Positions 44,008 through 54,300 of a DNA stretch of 64,000 bases are shown here, in pieces. The notes beneath the pieces were generated by a model that saw nothing but the letters and a program-made list of their open reading frames with translations, ran no database searches and was not told the DNA's origin. The translations under genes and the position numbers were made by a program. Positions within the stretch are counted from its first letter, which is position 1. Each line of letters opens with the position of its first letter. The DNA is taken from positions 11,352-75,351 of the forward strand of contig CAZNOX010000001.1 in assembly GCA_964574875.1 (NCBI GenBank), in the 5' to 3' direction. This DNA comes from an uncultured bacterium (GTDB lineage Bacteria; Macinerneyibacteriota; Macinerneyibacteria; Macinerneyibacteriales; DSCS01).

Positions 44008-45740
44008 GAGCGCACCGCCCCTTTCTCCTCGATGAGCAGCTGATTTCTACAGAGACGGTGATAGACGCCCTCTTTGCCCACAAGCTCCTCATGGGTCCCC
44101 GCTTCTGCGATGCGTCCGCCGTGGACCACCAGGATCCGGTCAGCATCCATGACCGTGCTCAGGCGGTGAGCCACCACGAGGGATGTCTTGCCCTTCATGA
44201 GAAGGCGGATCGCCTTGTCGAGCATCTTCTCCGTATGGGGGTCGATGGATGAGGTCGCCTCGTCCATGAGGATGAGATCCGCCTTCTTCACCATGGCACG
44301 GGCGATGGAGAGGAGCTGGCGTTCGCCCACAGAGAGGTTTCCTCCCTCCTCATGAAGGTTCGTCTCATAGCCTTCAGGAAGGCGGGAGATGAAACGGTCG
44401 ATCCCGATCTTCCTGCAGACAGAGACCACCTCCTCTTTGGAGATCGCAGTGTCAAAGAGGCGCAGGTTATCCAGGACCGTGGCCGGGAAAAGGTAAAAAT
44501 CCTGTTCGATGAGCGCGATATCCTGCCTGAGAGAGCGGATGTCGAGCTCTTTGATGTTGACCCCGTCGATAGAGATCTCCCCTTCCCCGATATCATAAAA
44601 GCGAAGGAGAAGTTTGATGATGGTGCTCTTCCCTCCCCCTGTCTCGCCCACCAGGGCCCATTTCTCTCCTGCAGGGAGCCTGAAGGAGACATCATCCAGA
44701 ACGGGTTCTCCCTCTTTATAGGAAAAAGAGACATGGGAAAAATCCACACCTCCCGTCATGGCTTCCAGCGTCTTGTCTCCGCTCCTGATCCGGACGGGAG
44801 TGCTGTGAAGCTCGTAGACGCGGGAAAACGCGGCAAAGGAGCGCTGGATCTGGGAGACCTGCTCAGAGATCCCGATGAGGGGGAAAAAGAACATCCTCAC
44901 ATACTCGATAAACATGATCATGGCTCCGTAGGTGAGCACACCCTTGAGGATCATGGGGGCCCCGCTTTTTAAGATCATGGCGATGATGATCTCCTGGAGC
45001 ATGAAGAGAAAGTTGAAAAAAGTGATCCAGCCGAACTCGGCATTCCTTTCCGAGATGTACTTTTCCCGGTTGTCCCTGTCAAAGCGGTTGAAATAGAGCT
45101 CTTCCTTGCCGTAGACTTTGATGATATCAAGGCCGGTGAGATACTCGGTGATCTTGGATGTGATCTCCGCCATGAGTTTCCGGACCTTTTTGAACATGGG
45201 ATAGATAAATTTCTGCAGCAGAAGGATCAGGCCGATGACCAGGGGCAGCGGATAGATGATGAGCATGGCCATGGAGGCATTGGTCCGGAACATGATGATC
45301 CCCATAAAAAGAAGCATGAAAAAACTCTGGAGAACGGTCACCAGAGCGATGACAAAGAAAAAGCGGACCTTTTCGGCATCGCCCTCCACCCGGGTCACCA
45401 GTTTTCCCGGAGAGACAGAGGTGAAGTGCTGATAATCCCAGTCCAGGACTTTTTTAAACGAGTCTGTCTTGAGCCGGATGAGGATATCCTGTCCCAGGGT
45501 CTCCAGGACCACGGTCATGAGATACATGGAGACCACATAGAGGATAAAGACAAGGAGATAGAGGCCCATGGTCATCGTGAGACGCTTTGTATCCCCCGTC
45601 TGGATCCCGTCGTCGATGACGTTCATCATGTAGACGGGAAGGACAGATGTGAGATAGGAGTTCCCCACAAGCAGAAGGAACCCCAGGATGAAACGCCATT
45701 TAAACGGCGTGATATACCGCGTAAAAAGATATCGGATCAT
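44004..45740 (-). CDS. ABC transporter permease/ATP-binding protein (exporter half-transporter, heterodimer partner)
   Basis: TMD plus an NBD with GETGGGKST, LSVGERQLLSIARAM and LMDE. Four-nt overlap with the partner gene. Confidence 0.85.
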   Translation of the reverse strand: MIRYLFTRYITPFKWRFILGFLLLVGNSYLTSVLPVYMMNVIDDGIQTGDTKRLTMTMGLYLLVFILYVVSMYLMTVVLETLGQDILIRLKTDSFKKVLDWDYQHFTSVSPGKLVTRVEGDAEKVRFFFVIALVTVLQSFFMLLFMGIIMFRTNASMAMLIIYPLPLVIGLILLLQKFIYPMFKKVRKLMAEITSKITEYLTGLDIIKVYGKEELYFNRFDRDNREKYISERNAEFGWITFFNFLFMLQEIIIAMILKSGAPMILKGVLTYGAMIMFIEYVRMFFFPLIGISEQVSQIQRSFAAFSRVYELHSTPVRIRSGDKTLEAMTGGVDFSHVSFSYKEGEPVLDDVSFRLPAGEKWALVGETGGGKSTIIKLLLRFYDIGEGEISIDGVNIKELDIRSLRQDIALIEQDFYLFPATVLDNLRLFDTAISKEEVVSVCRKIGIDRFISRLPEGYETNLHEEGGNLSVGERQLLSIARAMVKKADLILMDEATSSIDPHTEKMLDKAIRLLMKGKTSLVVAHRLSTVMDADRILVVHGGRIAEAGTHEELVGKEGVYHRLCRNQLLIEEKGAVRS

Positions 45741-45790
45741 AGCGGATGGATATTATACGGTTTGCGAAATAAGTCAAGGAAAAAGGAGGA

Positions 45791-46084
45791 TTAACGCTCT
45801 TTTTTCTCCTGGTGTTCCATTTTTTCCATATATTCCCTGATCTTCCTCTCTTCCCAGTCTCTCCCCAGGATACCGTTGAACCCGAAGACAGCCATCCCGT
45901 GAGAGAAAAGGCCGATCCCCCAGAAGAGAGTCACCCAGTAGAACCAGTAATCCCGCGGCGACGTGGCCACATCGATCAAAAAGAGGATGACATTGACCAT
46001 GACAAACGAGAGAAGGTGCTGATAAAACCCTTTAAGGTCATCCACACGTTTTTTGGCCAGCTCGAATCTGTCTTCCTGCTTCAT
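45791..46084 (-). CDS. 2TM domain-containing small membrane protein
   Basis: 97 aa with two hydrophobic helices and charged termini. Confidence 0.55.
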   Translation of the reverse strand: MKQEDRFELAKKRVDDLKGFYQHLLSFVMVNVILFLIDVATSPRDYWFYWVTLFWGIGLFSHGMAVFGFNGILGRDWEERKIREYMEKMEHQEKKER

Positions 46085-46096
46085 GAGACTCCTTTC

Positions 46097-47560
46097 TTAA
46101 CGTGCGCTCTCCCGGGCCAGCGACTCGAGAAGAACCACAAGATACTCTTTCAGCCTCACCAGGCTGGCGATATTCATCTTTTCATCCGGTGAATGGGGAT
46201 TTTCAATGTCCGGCCCCAGGGAGATCATCTCCATGGATGCGAACTTGCTTCCGATGATCCCGCATTCCAGTCCTGCATGGATGGTCCGGACCAGGGGCTT
46301 GCGTGAAAAGAGTTCCCCGTAGAGGGCCACACATCTTTTCAGAAGGGCTGACTCTGTGTCCGGCTCCCAGGGGGGATACCCCTCTCCTGTGAGAGGCGTC
46401 GCGCCCCATTGTGTCCCCAGGGTGACGATCCTTTCCGTGAGGTCGTCCAGCTTTTCCGGGGAAGAACTCCGCAGGCTTATGAGGATCTCAAGACGGTCTT
46501 CAGACGAGGAGAGGACGGCGACATTATCCGAAGTCTCCACAAGGTCTTTCATCTCAGGATGAAAAGAGAAGACTCCGTCGGGCAGCGCCTTGAGCAGCTT
46601 AAAGAGTGCCCGGGCTTTGTCATCCATGAGCAGAGCCTTTCGGGGGGCTTCCCGGGTCTCCTCAACCCGGCAGGCAATGGCCTTCTCCTGCCCTTTCCAG
46701 GCCTCCTCTTCCCTGCGGCACGCTTCACGAAGACTGTTCAGGATACGCTCCTTTTTGGAAGCGTCCACAGCGAGAAGGCACTCCGCTTCACGGGGGATGG
46801 CGTTGTGGGCCGATCCTCCTTTGAGTTTGAGAAGATGCATCCCTTCGGTGAAGAGCGGTTCCACGATCGCGGCCAGGATCTTGTTGGCATTTCCGCGCCC
46901 CTTATTGATATCCATCCCCGAATGGCCCCCGGCCAGCCCCCCTACGGTGACTTGAAGAAGGGCGTTCCGCCCCTCTCGATCACAGAGTTCTCCGTCGGCG
47001 GGATAAGTCAGAAGAATATCACGCCCTCCGGCGCATCCGATGATAAACTCCCCTTCCGTCTCGGAGTCGAGATTGAGAAGGAGACGTCCCCGGAGAGATC
47101 CGGGCTCGAGGGAACGGGCTCCGTTGAGTCCCGTCTCTTCATCCACGGTAAAAAGAAGCTCAAGGGGCGGGCGGATAAGCGACGAGTCTATGGACAGGTC
47201 CATGGCCAAAGCCATGGCGATCCCGTTATCGGCGCCGAGAGTGGTTCCGCAGCTTTTCAGCCACCCCTCCTCTTCGATGACACGGATGGGATCCGCGGAG
47301 AAATCATGCGGGGAGTCGGGAGTCTTTTCGCAGACCATATCAAGATGTCCCTGAAGGACCACGGTCCCGCTCTCTTCATATCCCGGAGATCCGGGAACGG
47401 AGATAATCACGTTCCCCGCCTTGTCCCGCCGTCCTCCGAGACCGTTTTGAGAGGCCCACCGGGTCATCCACTGTCCCACGGCGTCTTCATTTTTCGAACA
47501 CCTGGGGATCGCCGAGATCTCTCTGAAAAAAGCAAGGGTCTTTTCAACGGACTTGTCCAT
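46097..47560 (-). CDS. pepD: Aminoacyl-histidine dipeptidase (M20 family, PepD-like)
   Basis: Metal ligands (HLDMV, ...DNG..., ...EETG). The start is at MDKSVEK with a GGAGGAAAT SD. Confidence 0.8.
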   Translation of the reverse strand: MDKSVEKTLAFFREISAIPRCSKNEDAVGQWMTRWASQNGLGGRRDKAGNVIISVPGSPGYEESGTVVLQGHLDMVCEKTPDSPHDFSADPIRVIEEEGWLKSCGTTLGADNGIAMALAMDLSIDSSLIRPPLELLFTVDEETGLNGARSLEPGSLRGRLLLNLDSETEGEFIIGCAGGRDILLTYPADGELCDREGRNALLQVTVGGLAGGHSGMDINKGRGNANKILAAIVEPLFTEGMHLLKLKGGSAHNAIPREAECLLAVDASKKERILNSLREACRREEEAWKGQEKAIACRVEETREAPRKALLMDDKARALFKLLKALPDGVFSFHPEMKDLVETSDNVAVLSSSEDRLEILISLRSSSPEKLDDLTERIVTLGTQWGATPLTGEGYPPWEPDTESALLKRCVALYGELFSRKPLVRTIHAGLECGIIGSKFASMEMISLGPDIENPHSPDEKMNIASLVRLKEYLVVLLESLARESAR

Positions 47561-47670
47561 ATTTCCTCCGTATTTTTCCTTCATCATAACACAAAAGAGT
47601 ATGGGGTCAACGAAAGAAAAAACCTCTTCTCACTTGATTTTTTCAAAAAACCTTTTATCATCGTTCACAT

Positions 47671-47743
47671 GGGGCTGTAGCTCAGCTGGGAGAGCGGTTG
47701 GTTCGCAATCAACAGGCCAGGGGTTCGAGCCCCCTCAGCTCCA
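47671..47743 (+). tRNA. tRNA-Ala (anticodon CGC)
   Basis: Cloverleaf folded by hand: acceptor GGGGCTG/CAGCTCC with the G3:U70 Ala identity pair, D-arm GCTC-AGCTGGGA-GAGC, anticodon loop TTCGCAA and T-arm AGGGG-TTCGAGC-CCCCT. CCA is not encoded. An upstream TTGATT-N17-TATCAT promoter is present. Confidence 0.8.
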
Positions 47744-47865
47744 TCCCGTTCCTCTCTTCGCTCTCCTTGCCTGTCCTGATATTTGGCTTGCAATAGCCTG
47801 CCGTTACGATATGATGATGGAAGCAGATCTCCTGGCAGGCTGTGACTGAAAAACCGGGAAGGTGT

Positions 47866-48438
47866 ATGGAAGCACTCCAGCAAAAAATCTTGGAAAAAGG
47901 GATCGTTATCGATGACCATACACTGAAAGTAGACAGCTTTCTGAATCATCAGCTGGACACGTCCCTGATCTCATCCATGGCTGAAGAGCTGATCAGGCGT
48001 TTTGCGGGGACACCCATCCACCGCGTCCTTACCATCGAATCCTCGGGGATCCCCCTGGCCTTCATGATCGGCTATTTTCTGCGCATCCCCGTTGTCTTCG
48101 CGAAAAAAACGAAACCGTCCACTCTCTCATCGGGCTTTTATTCCGCCGAGAGCTACTCCTTTACACGAAAAAGCCCTTACACCATGTCTGTCTCCAGGGA
48201 TTTCATCCATCCCGGGGAAGAGGTGCTCATCGTGGATGATTTTCTTGCCGGCGGCAATGCCGTCTCTGCTCTCATCGAGATCATCAGGGATGCCGGGGCC
48301 CGTCCTGTGGGCGTCGCCATCGCTGTGGAAAAAGGTTTTCAGGGGGGAGGCGATTCGTTGAGAAAAGCGGGGATCCCGGTGGAATCCCTGGCCATCATCG
48401 AGTCTCTCTCAAACGGTGTCATTCAATTTCGGAAATAA
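47866..48438 (+). CDS. xpt: Xanthine phosphoribosyltransferase
   Basis: MEALQQKILEKGIVIDDHTLKVDSFLNHQ closely matches the canonical Xpt N-terminus. PRPP motif VLIVDDFLAGG. Confidence 0.9.
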   Translation: MEALQQKILEKGIVIDDHTLKVDSFLNHQLDTSLISSMAEELIRRFAGTPIHRVLTIESSGIPLAFMIGYFLRIPVVFAKKTKPSTLSSGFYSAESYSFTRKSPYTMSVSRDFIHPGEEVLIVDDFLAGGNAVSALIEIIRDAGARPVGVAIAVEKGFQGGGDSLRKAGIPVESLAIIESLSNGVIQFRK

Positions 48439-48456
48439 GAAAAAAGGAGGATAACC

Positions 48457-49542
48457 ATGCGTAAATTATGGCTTTTTGCACTTCTTCCCCTGCTTGCAGC
48501 GGCTCTTCTGGCCGGTTGCAGCGGAAAGACCAGTGCATCCAAAGAGATGGTGGCCGGTTTCATCTATATCGGCCCTGTGGGCGACCACGGATGGACCTAC
48601 GCCCAGGACAAAGGCCGTCAGATGGTCGTCGAGAACCTGGGGATCCGGACGATCTATAAAGAGTCTGTCCCTGAAGGCCCTGAAGTGAAAGATGTCATCC
48701 GCAACATGATCGACCAGGGTGCCAAGATCATCTTCGCCGGCAGCTTCGGCTACATGGATTATGTGGAAGAGGTCTCCAAAGAGTACCCCGACATCAAGTT
48801 CCTTCACTGCTCCGGTTACAAGATGACAGACAACATGGGAAACTACTTCGGAAGGATGTACCAGGCCCGTTTTCTGTCCGGCCTTGTGGCAGGGATGAAG
48901 ACGAAGACCAATAAGATCGGATATGTGGCGGCTTTTGAGATCCCCGAAGTCATCCGCGGGATCAACGCCTTCACCCTGGGTGTCCGCGCTGTCAATCCTG
49001 ACGCAAAAGTCTATGTCCGCTGGACCCACACCTGGTATGATCCGGGAAAAGAGACAGAAGCGGCCAAAGCTCTTCTGGACGAGAACTGCGATGTCATCGC
49101 TCAGCATCAGGATACTGCAGGCCCTCAGCAGGCTGCTGAAGCCAGAGGCGCCTTCTCCATCGGGTACAACTCCGACATGGCTTCCATGGCTCCCAAAGCC
49201 TACATGACCGCCCCTGTCTGGAATTGGGGCCCCTATTTCATCAATGAGATCCAGAAGGCCATGGACGGCACCTGGACACCCACAAGCTACTGGGGCGGGC
49301 TGGAAGACGGGATCGTCGCCCTGGCTCCCCTCACAGCCAATGCCCCTGAGGGCGCACAGGCCAAAGTCGACGAGATGCGCTCCAGGATCATCTCCGGTGA
49401 TTTTCATGTGTTCGGCGGCCCCCTGAAAGATCAGAAGGGCGTTATCCGCGTGAAAAAGGGTGAGGTCATGACCGATCCCGAGATGCTCAGCATGGACTGG
49501 TTCGTCCAGGGTGTCATCGGAAAGCTTGATACAGGAAAATGA
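48457..49542 (+). CDS. BMP-family ABC transporter substrate-binding lipoprotein (purine nucleoside receptor PnrA/TmpC-like)
   Basis: Lipobox LLAGC. The family fold motif GFIYIGPVGDHGWTY. Confidence 0.85.
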   Translation: MRKLWLFALLPLLAAALLAGCSGKTSASKEMVAGFIYIGPVGDHGWTYAQDKGRQMVVENLGIRTIYKESVPEGPEVKDVIRNMIDQGAKIIFAGSFGYMDYVEEVSKEYPDIKFLHCSGYKMTDNMGNYFGRMYQARFLSGLVAGMKTKTNKIGYVAAFEIPEVIRGINAFTLGVRAVNPDAKVYVRWTHTWYDPGKETEAAKALLDENCDVIAQHQDTAGPQQAAEARGAFSIGYNSDMASMAPKAYMTAPVWNWGPYFINEIQKAMDGTWTPTSYWGGLEDGIVALAPLTANAPEGAQAKVDEMRSRIISGDFHVFGGPLKDQKGVIRVKKGEVMTDPEMLSMDWFVQGVIGKLDTGK

Positions 49543-51095
49543 GTCAATCCACCCCCCCGTCAGAGACTCTCATCAGGACCAAAAACCTGACGAAGCGTTT
49601 CGGCCGGGTCCTGGCCAACGACGCGATCAACTTTAAGGTCAAACGGGGGGAGATCTATGCTCTTCTCGGCGAGAACGGCGCCGGGAAGAGCACCCTTATG
49701 AACATGCTCTCGGGAGTCTACACTCCTGACGAAGGGGAGATCCGTGTCCACGGGAAGAAGGTCTTTTTCCGCTCCCCGGAAGATTCCATCCGTTGCGGGA
49801 TCGGGATGATCTATCAGCACTTCAAACTCATCGAGGTCATGACCGCCCTTGAGAACATCATCATCGGGCGCCGTGAAGACCTTTTGATCAGTACGTCCGG
49901 GATCCGCCGCAGGGTCATGGAGATCGCAAAACGCTACGGCCTTCCCCTGGATCCTGATAAAAAAGTCTATGATATGTCTGTGGGGGAAAAACAGACGGTG
50001 GAGATCATGAAAGTCCTTTACCGCGGAGCGGATATCCTCATCCTCGATGAACCCACGGCTGTCCTCACGCCCCAGGAGACCCACAACCTCTTCTCCATTC
50101 TCCGGCGCATGAAAGACGAGGGGTGCGGAGTCATCATCATCACCCACAAACTCCATGAGGTCATGGAGATCAGCGACTGGGTGACCGTCCTCCGCAAGGG
50201 TCAGAATGTGGGCAACGTCAAGACATCGGAGACCTCGCATAAGAAACTTGCCGATCTCATGGTGGGACGCTCCCTGGACCTCTCCATCGAACATGTCCAT
50301 ATGGAACACAAAAGCCCGGCCCTTGAAGTGAGGGACCTGACCCTCACCGACCACGAGCATGTGAACAAGATCTCGTCTCTCTCGTTCACCCTCTTTTCCG
50401 GAGAGATCCTGGGCGTGGCGGGGATCTCCGGAAGCGGCCAGAAAGAGCTGTGCGAGGCCATGGCAGGCCTCTATCCCGTCCACTCGGGAGACATCGTCTA
50501 CAAGGGCGAGAGCATCGTCGGCCTCTCTTCCCGGGAGATCATCGATAAAGGGATCACCATGAGCTTTATTCCCGAAGACCGCCTGGGGATGGGCCTTGTG
50601 GCCTCCATGGACCTCACGGATAATGTCATCCTCAAAGATTATTACCAGTCACCCGGACTCTTTGTGGACAGAAAATCGGCCCAGGAGAAGACGGTGAAGA
50701 TCATCAAAGATTTCAATATTCAGACTCCCGGGCCCCATCACCCGGTGAAGCTCCTGTCAGGGGGAAACATCCAGAAAGTCCTTCTGGGGCGGGAGATCAT
50801 GTCCCGGCCCCATCTCCTCATCACCGCCTACCCCACCCGGGGGCTGGATATCGCATCGTCGTATCTGATCTATGATTATATCAACCGTGAGAAGAAGAAA
50901 GGGACCCCCATCCTCTATGTGGGGGAAGACCTGGATGTCCTCCTGGAGCTGTGCGACAGGATCATGGTCCTTTGCGACGGGAAAGCCACCGGTATCGTGG
51001 ACGCGGACCAGACGACGAAAGAGACGCTGGGCCTTCTCATGGCCGGCGAGACACTGGATTCCATAGAGAGGATGGCCCATGATTCAGATCGTTAA
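49539..51095 (+). CDS. ABC transporter ATP-binding protein with duplicated NBDs (nucleoside/sugar type)
   Basis: Two Walker A sites (GENGAGKST and GISGSGQKE) and the signature motifs. Confidence 0.85.
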   Translation: MSQSTPPSETLIRTKNLTKRFGRVLANDAINFKVKRGEIYALLGENGAGKSTLMNMLSGVYTPDEGEIRVHGKKVFFRSPEDSIRCGIGMIYQHFKLIEVMTALENIIIGRREDLLISTSGIRRRVMEIAKRYGLPLDPDKKVYDMSVGEKQTVEIMKVLYRGADILILDEPTAVLTPQETHNLFSILRRMKDEGCGVIIITHKLHEVMEISDWVTVLRKGQNVGNVKTSETSHKKLADLMVGRSLDLSIEHVHMEHKSPALEVRDLTLTDHEHVNKISSLSFTLFSGEILGVAGISGSGQKELCEAMAGLYPVHSGDIVYKGESIVGLSSREIIDKGITMSFIPEDRLGMGLVASMDLTDNVILKDYYQSPGLFVDRKSAQEKTVKIIKDFNIQTPGPHHPVKLLSGGNIQKVLLGREIMSRPHLLITAYPTRGLDIASSYLIYDYINREKKKGTPILYVGEDLDVLLELCDRIMVLCDGKATGIVDADQTTKETLGLLMAGETLDSIERMAHDSDR

Positions 51096-52146
51096 AAAGG
51101 GAGAGATCTCCAAAAAGCAAAAGATTTTGATCCACCTGTCCGCCCTCTTCCTGGCCCTTCTCACCGCCTCACTCTTTATCCTTCTCATGGATCACAATCC
51201 CCTGAAAGTCTACTTCTCCATGATCCAGGGAGCTTTCGGGACGACATACCGCCTCTCCGAGACCATCATCAAGACCATCCCCCTGGTCATCACATCCCTG
51301 GGCATCGCCCTGGCCTTCCGGATGAAATTCTGGAATATCGGAGCTGAAGGACAGATCATCATGGGCGCGTTCGGAGCATCATGGTTCGCCCTCTCCTTTC
51401 CCCATCTCCCCTCCTGGCTCCTCCTTCCTCTCATGGCCCTGGGAGGATTTGTCGGCGGAGGCCTGTGGGCCCTCATCCCGGCCTTTTTCAGGGCCCGGTT
51501 CAGAACCAACGAGACGATCTTCACTCTCATGCTCAACTATATCGCGCTGAAATGGATCACTTATCTTCAAAACGGGCCGTGGAAAGACCCCGGGGCCCTG
51601 GGCTTTCCCAAAATCCCCAATTTCGACGAACATGCTGTCCTCCCCCGCCTTTTCGGGATCCATATCGGCTGGCTCATCGCTCTCGTGCTGGTCATTCTCT
51701 CAGCCCTCTTCATCAACAAGACCAAGAAAGGATATGAGATCCAGGTCATCGGAGAGAGTGAGAACACCGCCCGTTATGCGGGGATCAATGTCCCGGGCAC
51801 GATCCTCACCACGATCTTCTTAAGCGGAGCCCTCTGCGGGCTCACAGGGATGATCGAAGCCTCGGCCATCAACAAGACCCTTTCCGTTGAGATCACGGGA
51901 GGGGTGGGATACACAGCCATCATCACAGCATGGCTGGCCAACCTCAAAGAGCCTCTCATCGTCATCGTCTCGTTTCTCTTTGCAGCGATGATCCAGGGAA
52001 GCTCCTATATCCAGATGGCCTTTCAGATCCCCCAGTCCGCTGCGGAGATCCTCCAGGGGCTCATCCTCTTTTTTATCCTCGGAAGCGAATTTTTCATCCG
52101 CTACCGGATCCATTTCCGCCGTAACCCCGCTAAAGGAGGATCGTGA
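51079..52146 (+). CDS. ABC transporter permease
   Basis: 355 aa polytopic protein with the BPD-inner-membrane fold, in the operon context. Confidence 0.8.
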   Translation: MIQIVKKGEISKKQKILIHLSALFLALLTASLFILLMDHNPLKVYFSMIQGAFGTTYRLSETIIKTIPLVITSLGIALAFRMKFWNIGAEGQIIMGAFGASWFALSFPHLPSWLLLPLMALGGFVGGGLWALIPAFFRARFRTNETIFTLMLNYIALKWITYLQNGPWKDPGALGFPKIPNFDEHAVLPRLFGIHIGWLIALVLVILSALFINKTKKGYEIQVIGESENTARYAGINVPGTILTTIFLSGALCGLTGMIEASAINKTLSVEITGGVGYTAIITAWLANLKEPLIVIVSFLFAAMIQGSSYIQMAFQIPQSAAEILQGLILFFILGSEFFIRYRIHFRRNPAKGGS

Positions 52147-53075
52147 TGCTTGCCTCTTTCCTTCATGCCGCTGTCATCGCAGGGACCCCTCTTGCCTTTG
52201 CCATCCTCGGGGAGATCCTCACCGAACGTGCGGGAAAACTCAATCTGGGCGTGGAAGGGATGATGCTCATGGGCGCTGTCATCGGCTTCAAGACAGCCCT
52301 TCTCACATCGAACCCCTTTCTGGCTTTGTTCGGAGCCGCTCTGGCAGGAGCTGCAGGAGCCCTCATCTTCGCCTTCCTCACCGTGACCCTCCGCTCCAAC
52401 CAGGTGGTGACAGGGTTGACACTGACGATTTTCGGCACCGGTTTTGCAAGCTTCGCCGGACAGGGGCTTGCAGGATACGTGGTCCCCGAACAGGTCAAAG
52501 CCTTCTTCCACCCCGTCCCTCTTCCCCTTCTGAGCCGCATCCCCTTTCTGGGAGACGTGCTCTTCAACCACAGTGTCTTTGTCTATGCGGGCTACCTTGT
52601 GGTCATCGCCGCCTTTTTTTACCTCTACAAGACACGGTTCGGCCTGAACCTTCGGGCTGTGGGGGAAAATACGGCAGCAGCCGATGCAGCGGGGATCAAC
52701 ATCACCAAGTACAAATTCGTCCATATCCTGGCGGGGGGGATCCTGGCCGGCCTGGGGGGGGCTTTTCTCTCTCTCGTCTATGTCCCCACCTGGCAGGATA
52801 ATATCACCACGGGCCGAGGCTGGATCGCTGTGGCTCTGGTCATCTTCTGTAAATGGAACCCCATCCGGATCTTCATCGGGGCCTTTCTCTTCGGGGGGCT
52901 GGACATCATCGGTTTCCGTCTCCAGGGGCTCAATATCCACATTTCCCAATATTTCTTTGATATGCTGCCCTACATCGTCACCGTACTGATCCTGATCATG
53001 ATGTCTGTGAAGGATTCCAAAGAGAGTTCTCCCCCGGCTGAACTGGGGCGTCCCTATTTCAGAGAAGACAAATAG
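52143..53075 (+). CDS. ABC transporter permease
   Basis: 310 aa polytopic second permease. Confidence 0.8.
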   Translation: MMLASFLHAAVIAGTPLAFAILGEILTERAGKLNLGVEGMMLMGAVIGFKTALLTSNPFLALFGAALAGAAGALIFAFLTVTLRSNQVVTGLTLTIFGTGFASFAGQGLAGYVVPEQVKAFFHPVPLPLLSRIPFLGDVLFNHSVFVYAGYLVVIAAFFYLYKTRFGLNLRAVGENTAAADAAGINITKYKFVHILAGGILAGLGGAFLSLVYVPTWQDNITTGRGWIAVALVIFCKWNPIRIFIGAFLFGGLDIIGFRLQGLNIHISQYFFDMLPYIVTVLILIMMSVKDSKESSPPAELGRPYFREDK

Positions 53076-53078
53076 GCG

Positions 53079-53444
53079 TCAGTCCTCTTTTTTCTCGGCG
53101 TTCTCCAGCTGATGGATCTTTTCCACATCCCGGAGCAGGAAGTAGTTGAGGATCGTCCTCAGGGCGATGATCGCCGCCAATTTGCCGATATCGTTCCATG
53201 AGGGAGCGATGATGGTCCTGACAATACTGGCCCCGATGAGAAAACTCAAGGCAAGGGAAAAGGAGTTCCCCATCTCCATGCGGACAAGGCCGATGATGGA
53301 GATCATCCTCAGCGACTTCTTCATGAGCACTTTGAAATAGAGGATAAAGGCTTTGAGGATCCCGGCCAGGATGGTCAGGACAGCACACAGCTGCGCAAAA
53401 GTGGATACGGAAACGACGATGAGAGCGATCACATCACCGGCCAT
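53079..53444 (-). CDS. DUF1622-like small membrane protein
   Basis: 121 aa with three TM helices. Eleven-nt overlap with the upstream WYL gene. Confidence 0.5.
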   Translation of the reverse strand: MAGDVIALIVVSVSTFAQLCAVLTILAGILKAFILYFKVLMKKSLRMISIIGLVRMEMGNSFSLALSFLIGASIVRTIIAPSWNDIGKLAAIIALRTILNYFLLRDVEKIHQLENAEKKED

Positions 53445-54300
53445 TGTCCTCCTCCTCGTAATTTTTCTGCATCAGCCTGGCCTTGTCTAAAAAGTAGCGC
53501 CGCAGTTCCGCCGGGGAAAGCACACACGCCTCATCAAGGAAAGAGGCCAGATAGACTTTCGCCTTTTTCACTGACGATTCCAAAACAAGGGTGTTCCCCT
53601 CCCGTTTGAGGACACGGGGCTGATTGAGAAATTTGACATTATCAAAAAGATAGAGCCCGTTATTGGAGAACCGGACGGTCACCGTCTCCCCGTAGGAGAG
53701 GAAGGGATCGAAGTGGCGCTTCACTTCATCGGCTTTATCCTGGTCAAAATGCTCCTGTTTCTCTTTCATGAGCCGGGTGGGGATGATATTGGAAAGGCGG
53801 TAGTTCCTGTAAGCCTGATTGGCCTCACACCATCCGAAGATATAGTTGAACTCCTGTTCACGGTCGGTGACCACGGTGTAGGGCTCCATGATCCGGATGA
53901 CATCCCGGTACCGGAATGCCATCTTCACCCGTTTCCTGATCCCCTTTTCCACAAGGGAAAGACGGTCGGTAAAGATGACACGCTCCCTTTTGAATGAGGC
54001 CATATTGGAATAGGACATGATCAGGTTCCTGAAATACCCGGCCTTGTTGGAAAAGAGTCCTGTTTTGTTTTCCATGAGAAACTCGAAAAGGTCCTGTCCG
54101 TCGCGGTTCAGTTTGAACTGAAGGCTCTTTCCCTCACCTCCGGGAAGCCCCCACCCCTCCTGATACTGGTCATAGAGGCCGAGAAAAAGAGCATTGCAGA
54201 GCCTGTTGAGGGATACTCCGAAGAGGCTCACATCACGGAGAAGCACCGAATGGACAAGATTGGGGATCGTGGTCTTGATCTTGTACTCGTCATTGATCAT
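53434..54300 (-). CDS. WYL-domain protein (no recognisable N-terminal HTH)
   Basis: The central segment RVKMAFRYRDVIRIMEPYTVV...EFNYIFGWCEANQAYRNYRLSNI fits the WYL-domain pattern (aromatic-YL core, then RxFRLxRI). A C-terminal WCX-like extension is present. Confidence 0.55.
   Translation of the reverse strand: MINDEYKIKTTIPNLVHSVLLRDVSLFGVSLNRLCNALFLGLYDQYQEGWGLPGGEGKSLQFKLNRDGQDLFEFLMENKTGLFSNKAGYFRNLIMSYSNMASFKRERVIFTDRLSLVEKGIRKRVKMAFRYRDVIRIMEPYTVVTDREQEFNYIFGWCEANQAYRNYRLSNIIPTRLMKEKQEHFDQDKADEVKRHFDPFLSYGETVTVRFSNNGLYLFDNVKFLNQPRVLKREGNTLVLESSVKKAKVYLASFLDEACVLSPAELRRYFLDKARLMQKNYEEEDNGR

Noticed and set aside
46409-47680. 423-aa plus-strand ORF antisense to pepD
   Set aside because: Same antisense-phase artefact. 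pepD is supported by M20 metal-ligand motifs and a strong SD.
47744-47865. Possible purine riboswitch upstream of xpt
   Set aside because: The leader lacks the conserved purine-riboswitch core sequences (the UAUA junction, UUUCUACC and the CCGUAAAU P3 loop). Only a generic GC palindrome is present.
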